64,000 nt of DNA from an uncultured archaeon (GCA_963799775.1 CAWCYD010000003.1:1024001-1088000); one strand, 5' to 3'; shown: positions 40,644 through 50,717, counted from the stretch's first letter. Program-made: numbers and translations. The notes: generated by a model not told the origin, from the letters alone.

Positions 40644-41621
40644 CTCTCTTCAAGTCCACAGCAAACACGATGCAGGCCCTCGTCAAGTACCACGGGCTGA
40701 AGGACTGGAAGCTACGCTTGCCTTACCACGACAGCATCTCGGTGAACACGACCTCTCTTGGAAGCGAGGTGATAGTCAGAGAAAGCGAGAAAAGTCAGAG
40801 CGAGTTGATGGTGGAGGGGAGGAAGAACGAGGACGCGCTCAGACGGCTCCAGAGCGTCTCCGAGAGGCTCACCGGCAAACCGTTCGAGGAGCTGGGCCTT
40901 CGGCTCGACTCTCGCAACTTCCCAGGGGTGAACGCCAAGGGACTCGGGTTCTCTTCGTCGGCGGGCGCGGCGCTGACGCTAGCGCTCTTCCACGCCACAA
41001 GCAAGGAGAAGCCGGACTACAAGGAGCTCTCCAAGGTCGCCCGCCTGTTCGCAGGGTCGGCATCTCGCACGGTCGTCGGCGGATTCTCCAGGCTCTACGC
41101 CGGAAAGGGGTACGACGACACCTACGCCGAGAAGTTCGCCGACGAGAGGGCACCTTCCCCTGAGGATGGTCATCGTCCCCTTGACCTCGGGCGTCAGGAC
41201 GGAGGACGCCCACAAGGAGGTCGAGAGCTCCCCTTTCTTCAAGTCGAGGATAGAGTCTGCGTCGAAGAGGTGCGAGGAGATGGAGAAGGCGATCAGGGGC
41301 GGAGACCTCCGTAAGATGGGCGAGCTCGTCGAGCAGGACACGCTGGAGCTCCACAGCATCACGATGACCGGGACCAACAGGCTCGTGATCATGAGCCCCG
41401 ACACGATTAGGGTGATCACCAAGGTGAAGGAGATGAGGTCGAACAGCATCGAGGCCTACTTCTCCATGCAGACCGGGCCGTCCGTCTTCATCAACACGAA
41501 CGAGGAGGACCAGGAGAAGGTCAGAAGGGCGATCTCCCACATGGGGTACAAGACCGTCGTCTCGGGCGTGGGCAAGGAGGCGAGGATAGGCCGGGTCGGG
41601 ACGCGAGAGGCGGTTATTTAG
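40640..41621 (+). CDS. GHMP-family (di)phosphomevalonate decarboxylase homolog, frameshift near 41160
   Basis: ALVKYHG, LPYHDSISV, GLGFSSSAG, ARLFAGSASR, YFSMQTGPSVFINT. Confidence 0.85.
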
Positions 41622-41653
41622 TCCCTCAGGGTTATCCTGTCGGAAACCCTCTC

Positions 41654-41869
41654 ATGCCAGGCAGAGCGAAGATGGTCGTCAGGGAGTACATCGACCAGCT
41701 CAAACAGACCAAGAAGGGCAAACCAGCCCAGATCAAGGACGCGTTGGACATCTACATCGAGCTGTGGGAGAGCTCGATCAAGAACGGGACCGTGTCAGGT
41801 GAGGACTCGATCGAGGACGCGCTGGCCAAGCTGGACGAGGCGGGCGGCCTCTACAGCGCGGCAGAGTGA
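41654..41869 (+). CDS. Small hypothetical protein
   Basis: 71-aa ORF with typical codon use and a TTATTTA upstream. Confidence 0.65.
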   Translation: MPGRAKMVVREYIDQLKQTKKGKPAQIKDALDIYIELWESSIKNGTVSGEDSIEDALAKLDEAGGLYSAAE

Positions 41870-41873
41870 GGGC

Positions 41874-42623
41874 TCAATCTGAGACCTCGCCCCCGTCCAG
41901 AACGATCCCCTGGCCGGTCATGAAGCTGGACTCGTCGCTCGCCAGGTAGAGCGCAAGGTTCGCGACGTCCTCCGGCTCGCCGAACCGTTTCAGGGGTATC
42001 GATGAGCGCAGCTCGTTCACGGCCTTCTGGTCGAACCACTGGAGCCAACCCGTCTTGATTGAGCCGAGGATCATGCAGTTCACTCTTACGGAGGGCGCCA
42101 GGCTCCTCGCCAGCATCCTAGTCATCGTGAGGACGGCCCCCTTTCCGCAGCCGTAGACGAGGCCTTGGACATCCCCTGCGAGGGCCGGGGTCGAGGAGAC
42201 GTTCACTATCGCGCTGCCCTTGCGCATCATCGGCAGGGCGTTCTGGACGCAGTCGAAGGCACCGAAGACGTCAACTGCGAAGACCCTGAGCCACATCTCT
42301 CTGTCGATCTCCTCGATCTTGGCGTTCCATATCCCCCCGTCCGCCAGCCCCGCGTTGTTGACCAAGACGTCGACCCGACCGAACCTCTTCTTGACCTGAG
42401 CGAACATCGCCTTGCTCTCTTCGGGTATGGAGATGTCCGCTTTCACGGCGACAGACTCGCGCCCCATCTTCTTGATGGAAGAGACGACTTCGTTCGCCTC
42501 GGCGTCCGACTTCCTGTAGTGGACTACGACGTCCGCACCCTCCTTGGCGAAGGCGCGAGCGATTGCGGCTCCGTTTCCTGTGCTCGAACCTGTCACGACC
42601 GCGACCTTGCCCTTGAGCTTCAA
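41874..42623 (-). CDS. SDR family oxidoreductase
   Basis: TGSSTGNG, NNAG, YGCGK, TGQ...DGG. Confidence 0.92.
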   Translation of the reverse strand: MKLKGKVAVVTGSSTGNGAAIARAFAKEGADVVVHYRKSDAEANEVVSSIKKMGRESVAVKADISIPEESKAMFAQVKKRFGRVDVLVNNAGLADGGIWNAKIEEIDREMWLRVFAVDVFGAFDCVQNALPMMRKGSAIVNVSSTPALAGDVQGLVYGCGKGAVLTMTRMLARSLAPSVRVNCMILGSIKTGWLQWFDQKAVNELRSSIPLKRFGEPEDVANLALYLASDESSFMTGQGIVLDGGEVSD

Positions 42624-42692
42624 AGCTTCGAGAGAGACAAGACCGATAGGGACTTAAGTATTTGACCGCCTTGTCCTGCTCTCGCCGCGGCG

Positions 42693-43223
42693 ATGCGGCA
42701 CTCTATGTGGGACGCTTTCCGACGCTGGCGCAGATCTCCGGAGTCGCTCCTCGCTGAGATAGGGCTCAAGAAGGGAATGAAGGTAGCCGATGTCGGGGCC
42801 GGGTTCGGCTATTTCGCGTTCCCCGCCTCTGAGATCATCGGGAGCGAGGGGGTCGTCTATGCCGTGGAACCAAGCCCCAAAAGGGCGGAGGAGATCTCAT
42901 CGAGGGCCAAGGACCGTGAGGTCAAGAACATCCAGGTCTTGGTGACCGGTGCGGAGGACATGGGCGCGGTCGCTCCTGGGGAGGTCGACGTGGCCATGTC
43001 GATCTCATCCTTCCACCACTTCGACGATCCGAAGAAGGGCCTTGCAGAGATGCGGAGGATAGTCAGGCCTGGAGGCCTGGTCTACGTCAGGGACATGAAG
43101 GCGGGAAGAATATTGAAGCACGGAAGCGTCCCCGATGAATTTCGCAGGATTGTGACAGGCGAGTTCCCCGATGCCGAAGTGACAGAAGAGAGGGGGTTCG
43201 TCGTCGCAAGGGCGAGAGTCTGA
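42693..43223 (+). CDS. Class I SAM-dependent methyltransferase
   Basis: VADVGAGFG, FHH, RIVRPGG. Confidence 0.88.
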   Translation: MRHSMWDAFRRWRRSPESLLAEIGLKKGMKVADVGAGFGYFAFPASEIIGSEGVVYAVEPSPKRAEEISSRAKDREVKNIQVLVTGAEDMGAVAPGEVDVAMSISSFHHFDDPKKGLAEMRRIVRPGGLVYVRDMKAGRILKHGSVPDEFRRIVTGEFPDAEVTEERGFVVARARV

Positions 43224-43234
43224 GCCGGCGGCCG

Positions 43235-43747
43235 TCAGGGCCTTGGCGCTCTGTCCCTTGCGGTGCCCCCTATGGCGAACGTCTCCAAGAACTCGAGGTT
43301 GAAGAGTGATGCTGCGGCAGAGTTCCTCACGAGCTCATCGGGGTCCTTGAGGGCCTTTTGGAGCGAGCCCTTCGCGGTCTGGCTCCCTATCGAGCCGAGC
43401 GCAGCGGCCGACTCGTGGCGGACGATGGGGTCCTTGTCGTTCAGGGTCGCCTCCTCCAGCCCTCGGACACCGGACGTGAGCCCTATCTGGCCCATCGTGA
43501 ACGCGGCCTCGTGCCGCACGAGCGGGTCGGGATCGTGGAGGAGCACGTCGGTGAGGGTGGGTATCGCTGCCTCGCTCCCCAAGTCCGCGAGGATCGTGAC
43601 CGCATGAACCCTCAGGACGAGGCTGGGTTCCTCCTGCATGACCTTGATGAAGAAGCGTTCGTCGCCGGTCTTGAACTCCTCCTCCATCCTCCTCATGACG
43701 TCAAGGCAGTGCTCCTTGTCATCGACGACCACGGTCGTGTAATTCAT
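43235..43747 (-). CDS. HEAT/PBS-lyase repeat protein with two HE motifs
   Basis: VRHEAAFTMGQIG, VRHESAAALGSIG, VRNSAA. Confidence 0.85.
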   Translation of the reverse strand: MNYTTVVVDDKEHCLDVMRRMEEEFKTGDERFFIKVMQEEPSLVLRVHAVTILADLGSEAAIPTLTDVLLHDPDPLVRHEAAFTMGQIGLTSGVRGLEEATLNDKDPIVRHESAAALGSIGSQTAKGSLQKALKDPDELVRNSAAASLFNLEFLETFAIGGTARDRAPRP

Positions 43748-43800
43748 TGTCCGCCTCGACCCCCTGCAGACGAATGTAATAACAGGGACGAGACGAACAA

Positions 43801-44415
43801 CTAGAGCAGGGTAAGGGCGGCAGCCAGGGTTGCTAGTTCCGCGGCCCCCTTGGAATCGGCCCCCACGACTATCACGGCGTCTCCCTCCTTGGGGCCGGCC
43901 GACCTAACGGCTGTCCAAAGTCCTCGTGGTCCCCCCTTTTCGCAGTCGGTGCCTTCCCCTGGAAGCGTGAACCGCCCTCCCGCGAAGAGCGCTGTGAGCG
44001 CACCGTTGGCACCTGCCCTCACAGCGGCGTCGCGCTGCTCCAACCCTTTCTTGACCCTCTTGGCGGCCCCCCTTACCAGGACGCCGGCGCACTCGTCTCC
44101 TATCCCGAGGGAGCTGGCGCGCACCCGAGAAGACCACGGGACCTTCTCCTTCAGCATCTGAAACTCCCTCTCCCCACGCTTGCTCAGCTTGCACCCCTCT
44201 GGTCGAATCGAAATCAGGTCGCTCTCCTTCATCCGCTTGATGAGGGTCCGCACCTCCCCCTGCCCCAGGCCTAGGATTGTGCCGAGCCTGCCCCTTCCCA
44301 CCGAGCCGTTCTCACCGAGGGTCAGGATCGCCCGAAGGACGTGGACCTCCGAGAAGACGGCGCGCGGCCCGCGATAGTCCGATGACAAGACCTCGCGGAG
44401 GGATGAGATCGTCAC
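43801..44415 (-). CDS. Winged-HTH protein, DUF4443-like
   Basis: GRGRLGTILGLGQGEVRTL, GLEQRDAAVRAGANGA. Confidence 0.75.
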   Translation of the reverse strand: MTISSLREVLSSDYRGPRAVFSEVHVLRAILTLGENGSVGRGRLGTILGLGQGEVRTLIKRMKESDLISIRPEGCKLSKRGEREFQMLKEKVPWSSRVRASSLGIGDECAGVLVRGAAKRVKKGLEQRDAAVRAGANGALTALFAGGRFTLPGEGTDCEKGGPRGLWTAVRSAGPKEGDAVIVVGADSKGAAELATLAAALTLL

Positions 44416-44571
44416 AGAGCAACGAACGAAGGTCCGTCATATTTCTGTTTTCTCGGGGCGAGCTGGACTTTAATCGGGACTGCGTGGGAGAGCAACCACA
44501 ATGGCAAATCCTATGTTTAGCTTTATATAATCGTTTCAAATGTCCTAACCGTTGCCTCTACCTGGGAAGTC

Positions 44572-45435
44572 GTGGAGTCACGCAAAGAGTTGACACCGTC
44601 AGAGTTCTTCGTCGTTGTGTTGGCCGCATCCGTCATAGCAGGTACGCTAGGCTCTCTCCTGGGCCTGGGCGGAGGCGTGGTGGTCGTCCCCTTGCTGACG
44701 ATATTCCTCGGCGTCCCGCCCTTGTTCGCGATCGGCGCGAGCATCATCTCCGTGATAGCGACCTCGAGCGGTGCGGCCTCCACCTATGTCAAGGACGGGA
44801 TGACCAACCTGAGGATAGGGATGTTCCTAGAGCTCGCGACAACGACGGGGGCGATCTTGGGCGCCGTGCTGACGATAACGCTTGCGCGGGCAAACCTCGA
44901 GGACGTTGTCTACGTGACATTCGGAGTGGTGCTTCTACTGTCCGTGATCCCCCTCTTGAGAAGGATTGGCGAAGAGCTGCCCGCGGGGGTCGCGCCAGAT
45001 GCGGTGAGCAGGAGGCTCGAGTTGAGCGGGGAGTACTTCGACGGGGCTCTCGGGACCACCGTGGACTACAGAGCCACGAGGTCATTCTTGGGGCTCGCCA
45101 TCATGTGGGTCGCCGGACTCATCTCCGGTCTGCTGGGGATAGGGAGCGGGTCGTCAAGGTCCATCGCACTGGATGTGGGCATGAAGCTGCCGATGAAGGT
45201 CTCGTCGACAACGAGCAACTTCATGATCGGCGTGACAGCCGCTTCGAGCACCGGGATATTCTATCTGGGAGGATACATCGACCCGTTCGTCGCCGCGCCT
45301 GTGATGCTCGGGGTCGTGCTCGGGTCCCTGGCGGGCACGCGCATCCTAGTGAGGACCAAGAACTCGTCGATCCGGAAGGTGTTCGTCGCGATAATCGTGG
45401 TCCTGGCTGTAGAGATGCTGCTGCACGGGGTGTGA
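44572..45435 (+). CDS. TauE/SafE (TSUP) family transporter
   Basis: GSLLGLGGG..VP, SGLLGIGSG, STTSNFMIGVT. Confidence 0.9.
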   Translation: MESRKELTPSEFFVVVLAASVIAGTLGSLLGLGGGVVVVPLLTIFLGVPPLFAIGASIISVIATSSGAASTYVKDGMTNLRIGMFLELATTTGAILGAVLTITLARANLEDVVYVTFGVVLLLSVIPLLRRIGEELPAGVAPDAVSRRLELSGEYFDGALGTTVDYRATRSFLGLAIMWVAGLISGLLGIGSGSSRSIALDVGMKLPMKVSSTTSNFMIGVTAASSTGIFYLGGYIDPFVAAPVMLGVVLGSLAGTRILVRTKNSSIRKVFVAIIVVLAVEMLLHGV

Positions 45436-45441
45436 GATGGC

Positions 45442-45840
45442 ATGGAGAAAGAGGCGACAGACCTCAAGAGCGCCATCGGCCTGGTCCTGCGCTATGGCGT
45501 CGTCATCTCGTTCGCCATCGTCGCCTTCGGCTCGATCCTCCTCTTCGTTGAAGGGCAGACAGGCTATGGGCCGATTCAGAGCACGCAAAGCCTCGTCGGG
45601 GCGCGCGACACATCACTGGTTGGATTAGCCCCACTCCTTCAGGGAGTTCTCAGCGCCAGACCGTATGCGATCATAGACCTTGGTCTGCTCGTCCTCCTCG
45701 CGACCCCGGTGGCGCGGGTGGCGATCTCGATCCCGCTCTTCGCTGTGGAGAGGAGGTTCGCGTTCGTGGCTATAACGGCGGCCGTGCTCGGAATCCTACT
45801 CTTCAGCATCTTCGTCGTCGCCCCGCTGGTCGTCGGGTAA
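45442..45840 (+). CDS. DUF1634 membrane protein
   Basis: VLRYGV, GLLVLLATPVARV; usual TSUP partner. Confidence 0.85.
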   Translation: MEKEATDLKSAIGLVLRYGVVISFAIVAFGSILLFVEGQTGYGPIQSTQSLVGARDTSLVGLAPLLQGVLSARPYAIIDLGLLVLLATPVARVAISIPLFAVERRFAFVAITAAVLGILLFSIFVVAPLVVG

Positions 45841-45897
45841 CGGCCCTGAAGCGCTGAGCGATTATTATTATACGCCACACCGGAGGAGCGGTCATCG

Positions 45898-46579
45898 ATG
45901 AACAAGGCGGTCACAATCACGGGCGCCCTTGTGTGTGCGTCCGGTGTGACGATGTTCTTCTTGGTCGGCCTTCTGCGTTCGGAGACGTATCGGGCCGCGA
46001 TAATGATCTACGAGTACTCCGCCCTCGTGGTGGGAGTGATAGGCGCAGGCGCGTTTGTCTTCGGCCTGGTGGCACGGGACTCGCCTCTCGGCATGATCGA
46101 CACGGAAGGGGTCGCGCGGTTCTACTTCCGCCTGGCGCTCATCAACACGATCTCGGCGGCTCTCTTCGCTGCGCCGGTGCTCGACCCCAGGTTCGAGTTC
46201 CCCATCCTGATAACCCGTTGGCCCGGCGTGTACATGGTAATCGCCTACACTTTCTTCGTGGTAGTCGGCATCATAGGGGCCCTATGCTGGGGCATCTTCT
46301 TCCATCTCCTCCCAAGCATGTTCGATAGGGCCTCCGTGAGGCGGTTCTGGCTCCTCACGCAGGTGGGGGTCACGGAAGTAGGGATCTATCTCTTGGCGAT
46401 CTTCATGTTCTTGGGCGGGTACATAGGGGCGTCCTTGAATTACGTGGGAGACGGGGACTTCATCGTGGGGGCGGCGATGGAGGTTGCGGTCATCCCTGCG
46501 GCACTGGGCATATTCCTGGTCGTCCTCGGGGCACCTCATCGGTGTGGTCAACGTCCTGCTCGCAAGGACCGGGAACTGA
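45898..46579 (+). CDS. 6-TM membrane protein, paralog of 63288..63812; frameshift near 46533
   Basis: PVL.P, WPG..M, F..VG..G, GY.G; shifted frame ends LIGVVNVLLARTGN. Confidence 0.75.
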
Positions 46580-46648
46580 CGGGATTCTCTCGCCACCTTG
46601 CGGTCGGCTAGCCCTTAATAATCACCTAGGCGAGTTATCCAGGCGGCA

Positions 46649-47038
46649 ATGGCTTCAAGGACCGTCAAGATCGAGGTTGCCGGCTTGGCCTTGGTGTTGG
46701 CCTTGGGGATCGGGTATTTCGTCTACTCAAACGCGTCTTCCAACACGAAGGAGATTGACGTCACTCTGGGGGAAGGGAACAGCTACTTCACGCCGACGAA
46801 CGCGACCGCCAAGCTGGGAGACCACGTGACCTTCGTCGTGTTCAACGACGACAGCAATCCTCATGCCTTCGCGATCCAAGCATTCAACGCGACGACCGGC
46901 GTAATCCAGCCGAGCTATTCAGCCAGGATGAGCTTCGTCGCTAACGCGACAGGCAGCTTTCCTTTCTACTCCCCGTTGTCAGCAGACGACGCTTCAGGCA
47001 TGGACAACATCAACGGGACGTTCACGGTGACACAATGA
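46649..47038 (+). CDS. Membrane-anchored cupredoxin-fold protein lacking the type-1 Cys
   Basis: FTP....GD.V, NDD..PH.F.I, F.A...GSFPFYS, GM, GTFTV. Confidence 0.75.
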   Translation: MASRTVKIEVAGLALVLALGIGYFVYSNASSNTKEIDVTLGEGNSYFTPTNATAKLGDHVTFVVFNDDSNPHAFAIQAFNATTGVIQPSYSARMSFVANATGSFPFYSPLSADDASGMDNINGTFTVTQ

Positions 47039-47943
47039 CAGAGCCGAGCAGGACGGGGAAGAGAGTAGAGTCGTACTGGTACCTCGCCCTCGTCCCGATC
47101 TTCGCGATCCTCGCCGTGGTCGAGTTCTATCCAGTTCTCTACTCCTTGTACCTTAGCGTGACGGGTCCGAGCGGCAACTTCACCTTAGGCTACTACTGGC
47201 AGATGTTGACGGACACGGACTTTTGGAGCGCACTGGCTTCATCCCTCACCTACTCGACCATGAGCACGCTCGTCGCGGTAGCGATAGGGCTCTTCCTCAC
47301 CTACCTGGTCACACAGGATTTCCGCGGCAGGAGCATCTACGAAGGCATCTTCATACTCCCGTTGGCCGCGGCCCCGATTGCCGTGGGGATATTCTGGGGC
47401 CCATCAGCTTTCTGGGACGACCTGCAGTCTCTGCTGCACTATCCCATCTCCAGCCTAATCCACTATCAGATACCATATTTCACGGAGACCGGCGTGCTGT
47501 TCTACTTCCCCGTGATGGCCCTATCGGATGCCTGGGAGTGGGCGCCGCTAATCATGCTGGTGGCCTTGAGCATCATCAACTCTAACCCGAAGGAGATCTT
47601 CGAGGCAGCGAAACTGCACGGCGCCTCAAGCTGGCAGGTATTCACGAGGATCGTCGTTCCCACTGTGATGAGGTCTCCAGTCATGCAGTTCGTGATAGTC
47701 CTGAGGTTCATGGACGCCATGCGAGCCTTCGAGATACCTTTGGCCTGGTCAACCTGGGTCGCTCTGTCCACCTCGGTCGGCTCGCCCGTCGATACCCTGA
47801 GCCTCTACCTCTACAAGCTACTCTTCATACCCACGTTCGGCTTCCCGATCGCTCTAGTCTCGACCATCGCCGTCGCCCTATTGGTCGTGACCTTGACAGC
47901 GGTCACCCTGCTGATGCGTCTGCTGGGGACGATTGGAAGGTAG
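47035..47943 (+). CDS. Carbohydrate ABC permease (MalF-like)
   Basis: EAA motif IFEAAKLHGASSWQVF. Confidence 0.88.
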   Translation: MTEPSRTGKRVESYWYLALVPIFAILAVVEFYPVLYSLYLSVTGPSGNFTLGYYWQMLTDTDFWSALASSLTYSTMSTLVAVAIGLFLTYLVTQDFRGRSIYEGIFILPLAAAPIAVGIFWGPSAFWDDLQSLLHYPISSLIHYQIPYFTETGVLFYFPVMALSDAWEWAPLIMLVALSIINSNPKEIFEAAKLHGASSWQVFTRIVVPTVMRSPVMQFVIVLRFMDAMRAFEIPLAWSTWVALSTSVGSPVDTLSLYLYKLLFIPTFGFPIALVSTIAVALLVVTLTAVTLLMRLLGTIGR

Positions 47944-47949
47944 ACGAGA

Positions 47950-48867
47950 TTGACCCGACCAGACAACATCCAGACCGGGGCGAAGGCTGCAGTCGCTCCC
48001 CGCCGCCGTTCGAGGAAGGTCGCGAGGAGGCTGCTCTTCTATCTGGCCTTGCTACTGTTCTCCTTGTATAGCCTGTACCCGTTCATCGCCGTTGGGATGG
48101 ACGGCTTCGACGCGAACATAGCGGCGCTGTTCGTGGGCAACAACATCATCGAGATAGCTGGGTCTCCCTTCCACCAGGGGATCTTCACATTCAATCTGAC
48201 GCACTATCTGGACGCCCTCAGCCTGGGGTCATTCCCGGCAAGGGTGGTCAACAGTCTCCTCATAGGTGGCATCAGTGTCGCCGTCGCGCTCGGAGCCGGC
48301 ATCCCAGTCTCGTACGTCCTCGCGAGAATCGACATCAAGGGAAGGAACGCTATCTCTTACCTGCTTCTCGCCCTAAGGACCGTCTCTCCCTTTGCGGTTG
48401 TCCTCCCACTCTACATCCTGTTCACGAGGATAGGTCTGTGGGACACGTTCCAGGGCGTCGCTCTTGCCGAGCTCCTCCTCATACTCACCGTGGTCGTGTG
48501 GATGGTGAAAGGGTTCTTCGAGGATATCCCCAGGCAGATCTACGACGCCGCCTCTGTGTTCGGCGCTTCAGAGGCGCAGATCCTTCTCCGGGTCGCCATC
48601 CCGATAATATTCACCGGGATCGTGATTACCGCGATATTTGGATTCATCTTGGTCTGGAACGAGTATCTTATAGCGGTGATAATCTCCGGCCCCGTCACAA
48701 AGCCTGTCTCGGTTGGCGTCTTCAACGGTCTCGGGCCCCTCAACCGTTCGCCGGACTTCGTTGACATAGAGGCGGGGGCGACTTTGGCGTTCATCCCCGC
48801 GGCAATCGTGATGCTGGCGATAAGGAAGTACCTGGCGAAGGGATTCAGTCTGGCAACCGCCCGCTGA
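47950..48867 (+). CDS. Carbohydrate ABC permease (MalG-like)
   Basis: NSL, FFEDIP..YDAA..FGAS, WNEY. Confidence 0.88.
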   Translation: MTRPDNIQTGAKAAVAPRRRSRKVARRLLFYLALLLFSLYSLYPFIAVGMDGFDANIAALFVGNNIIEIAGSPFHQGIFTFNLTHYLDALSLGSFPARVVNSLLIGGISVAVALGAGIPVSYVLARIDIKGRNAISYLLLALRTVSPFAVVLPLYILFTRIGLWDTFQGVALAELLLILTVVVWMVKGFFEDIPRQIYDAASVFGASEAQILLRVAIPIIFTGIVITAIFGFILVWNEYLIAVIISGPVTKPVSVGVFNGLGPLNRSPDFVDIEAGATLAFIPAAIVMLAIRKYLAKGFSLATAR

Positions 48868-48978
48868 TCCGAGCCCTCACCCAGACAAGTTGGGGCGGAG
48901 TCCTCGACCTAACGCGGTAAGGACTAGCCTATCGCCGATTCAGGGCCAGAACGGAGTGCAAGTCCTGGCGAAGCCCCG

Positions 48979-49815
48979 TTAGACCAAGTCGACGAACTTG
49001 AAGAGGATTATCATGAGCCCCATGGAGAGGATGCCCCAGAGCAACAGCCCTAGGCTCATGATGTAGACCCCGTTGGCAGCCCCAAAGGAGTTCTCGATGA
49101 TCTCACCGGTCCCAATTAGCTCGGCCCCGTATGCGTTCAGGTGGATCTCGGAGATTAGGCCGGCGCTCTCTATCGGGTTCAGAAGGGCCGCAACGAGCGC
49201 CACCTTCGTCCCGTTTGCGATGGTGAGGATGACTCCGAACGAACCTCCAAAGTCCGAGACGAGGACCAGAAGGAACCAGAGGAAGATGGCGACGCTCAGG
49301 GCCGTGACCTTCCTCCTGCTCATCGTCGAGATTATTATCGCGACCGAGAGCATGATGATGTTTAACCCCAGCGACAGCAAGACTATGAAAGCCAGCCCGT
49401 TCAGGACGCTAGCTCTCACGTTCGCCGCGACGAGGACCGATATCAGGTATCCTGCCGCCAGGACCATGGATGTGGATATCGTCAGGCCGATGAATCTTCC
49501 AGCGAGGAACTGCATCCTCGAGAGGGGATTCGAGAGCAGGTACTGCAGGGTGCCTGACTCCTTCTCCTCCACTATTGTGAGCGCCCCCAGCGGGAGAGAC
49601 AACAAAGGCAGGTATGGGAAGGAGGTGGTCCCGAGATAGACCAGGTAGCTGTTGAGCGTGCTCGGAGGCAGGAGTCTTTCGAAGATGAGTATCAGGAAGG
49701 GGACGTTGATCGTCACGAGGAAATAGACAATCGTGAACATGATCAGCCACTTCGCTCGGATGGACTCCCAGAACGTCTGGGAGACTATCGCGCCGACGAT
49801 CCTTGGGCTGTTCAT
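48979..49815 (-). CDS. ABC-2 type permease, NosY-like
   Basis: 6 TM; EKESGTLQYLLSNPLSR, LLNPI. Confidence 0.78.
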   Translation of the reverse strand: MNSPRIVGAIVSQTFWESIRAKWLIMFTIVYFLVTINVPFLILIFERLLPPSTLNSYLVYLGTTSFPYLPLLSLPLGALTIVEEKESGTLQYLLSNPLSRMQFLAGRFIGLTISTSMVLAAGYLISVLVAANVRASVLNGLAFIVLLSLGLNIIMLSVAIIISTMSRRKVTALSVAIFLWFLLVLVSDFGGSFGVILTIANGTKVALVAALLNPIESAGLISEIHLNAYGAELIGTGEIIENSFGAANGVYIMSLGLLLWGILSMGLMIILFKFVDLV

Positions 49816-50717
49816 GCTGCCGGCTTCTCCTCCAGGAACTTTGTGTAAGCAGCCTCTATCTTCGACGGCTCGATCGCGATGTCGTCCAAGATTCCGCCGT
49901 TCGAGAAGAGGTTGTTGAGCAGAGCGAACTTCCTGCTGTTCGGGATCGAGATGACCATAGTGAGGCTCTTGTCGTTGATTATCTTCGCGTTGTTCTTCGC
50001 TAGGATCTCGGTGACCTCCTTCTCGTGGCCCGCCTTGGGTCTCACGTACAGGATCTGGTCCGCGTCCAGCTGTGCAAGGAGAACGTCCGGGTTGCCTTCC
50101 GCTATCTTCCTTCCTCTGTTCAGCACGATTACCTGGTCAGCGAACTCGCTCAGACCGGTGAGGTGCGTCGCGATCAGGAGCGTGTGGCCCCCGAGAGCGA
50201 GGTTCCTGACCAGCCCAAGGAAGTCGAGCTGTCCTTTGAGGTCGATGTTTGCCAGCGGCTCGTCGAAGATGAGCATCGGCGGGTTCGTCAAAAGCGCCAT
50301 GCCCAAGGCGAAGCGCTGCCTCATACCGCCCGAGAGGGCCTTCATCGTCTTCTTTGTAGCATCTGTCAGCCCGACGATCGCAAGCTTCTCTTGGATCGCG
50401 TCCTTGGATGCCCCCTTGATCTTGGCGATGAAGCGGGCCTCTTGGTCGAGCGTCAGATTTTCGTAGAACGCGCTATATTGAGGGACGTAGCCGATACGGC
50501 CTCGGGCTTGCACTCCCTTCTTCTGGACGTCGATTCCGTCCACGAGGATCGTGCCTGAAAAGCGATGCACGCCCATCGTGGCTTTGATCATTGTGCTCTT
50601 CCCGGCGCCGTTGGGGCCTAGCAATAACGCTCGGCCGTTTTTCGGGACTGTGAACGATACATCCTTGAGCGCTTGGAACTTTCCGAATCTCTTACTTACA
50701 TTCTTGACTTCTAGCAA
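49812..50717 (-). CDS. ABC ATP-binding protein, NosF/CcmA-like
   Basis: GPNGAGKST, LSGGMRQR, FDEP; ATGA overlap with the permease. Confidence 0.88.
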   Translation of the reverse strand: MLEVKNVSKRFGKFQALKDVSFTVPKNGRALLLGPNGAGKSTMIKATMGVHRFSGTILVDGIDVQKKGVQARGRIGYVPQYSAFYENLTLDQEARFIAKIKGASKDAIQEKLAIVGLTDATKKTMKALSGGMRQRFALGMALLTNPPMLIFDEPLANIDLKGQLDFLGLVRNLALGGHTLLIATHLTGLSEFADQVIVLNRGRKIAEGNPDVLLAQLDADQILYVRPKAGHEKEVTEILAKNNAKIINDKSLTMVISIPNSRKFALLNNLFSNGGILDDIAIEPSKIEAAYTKFLEEKPAA

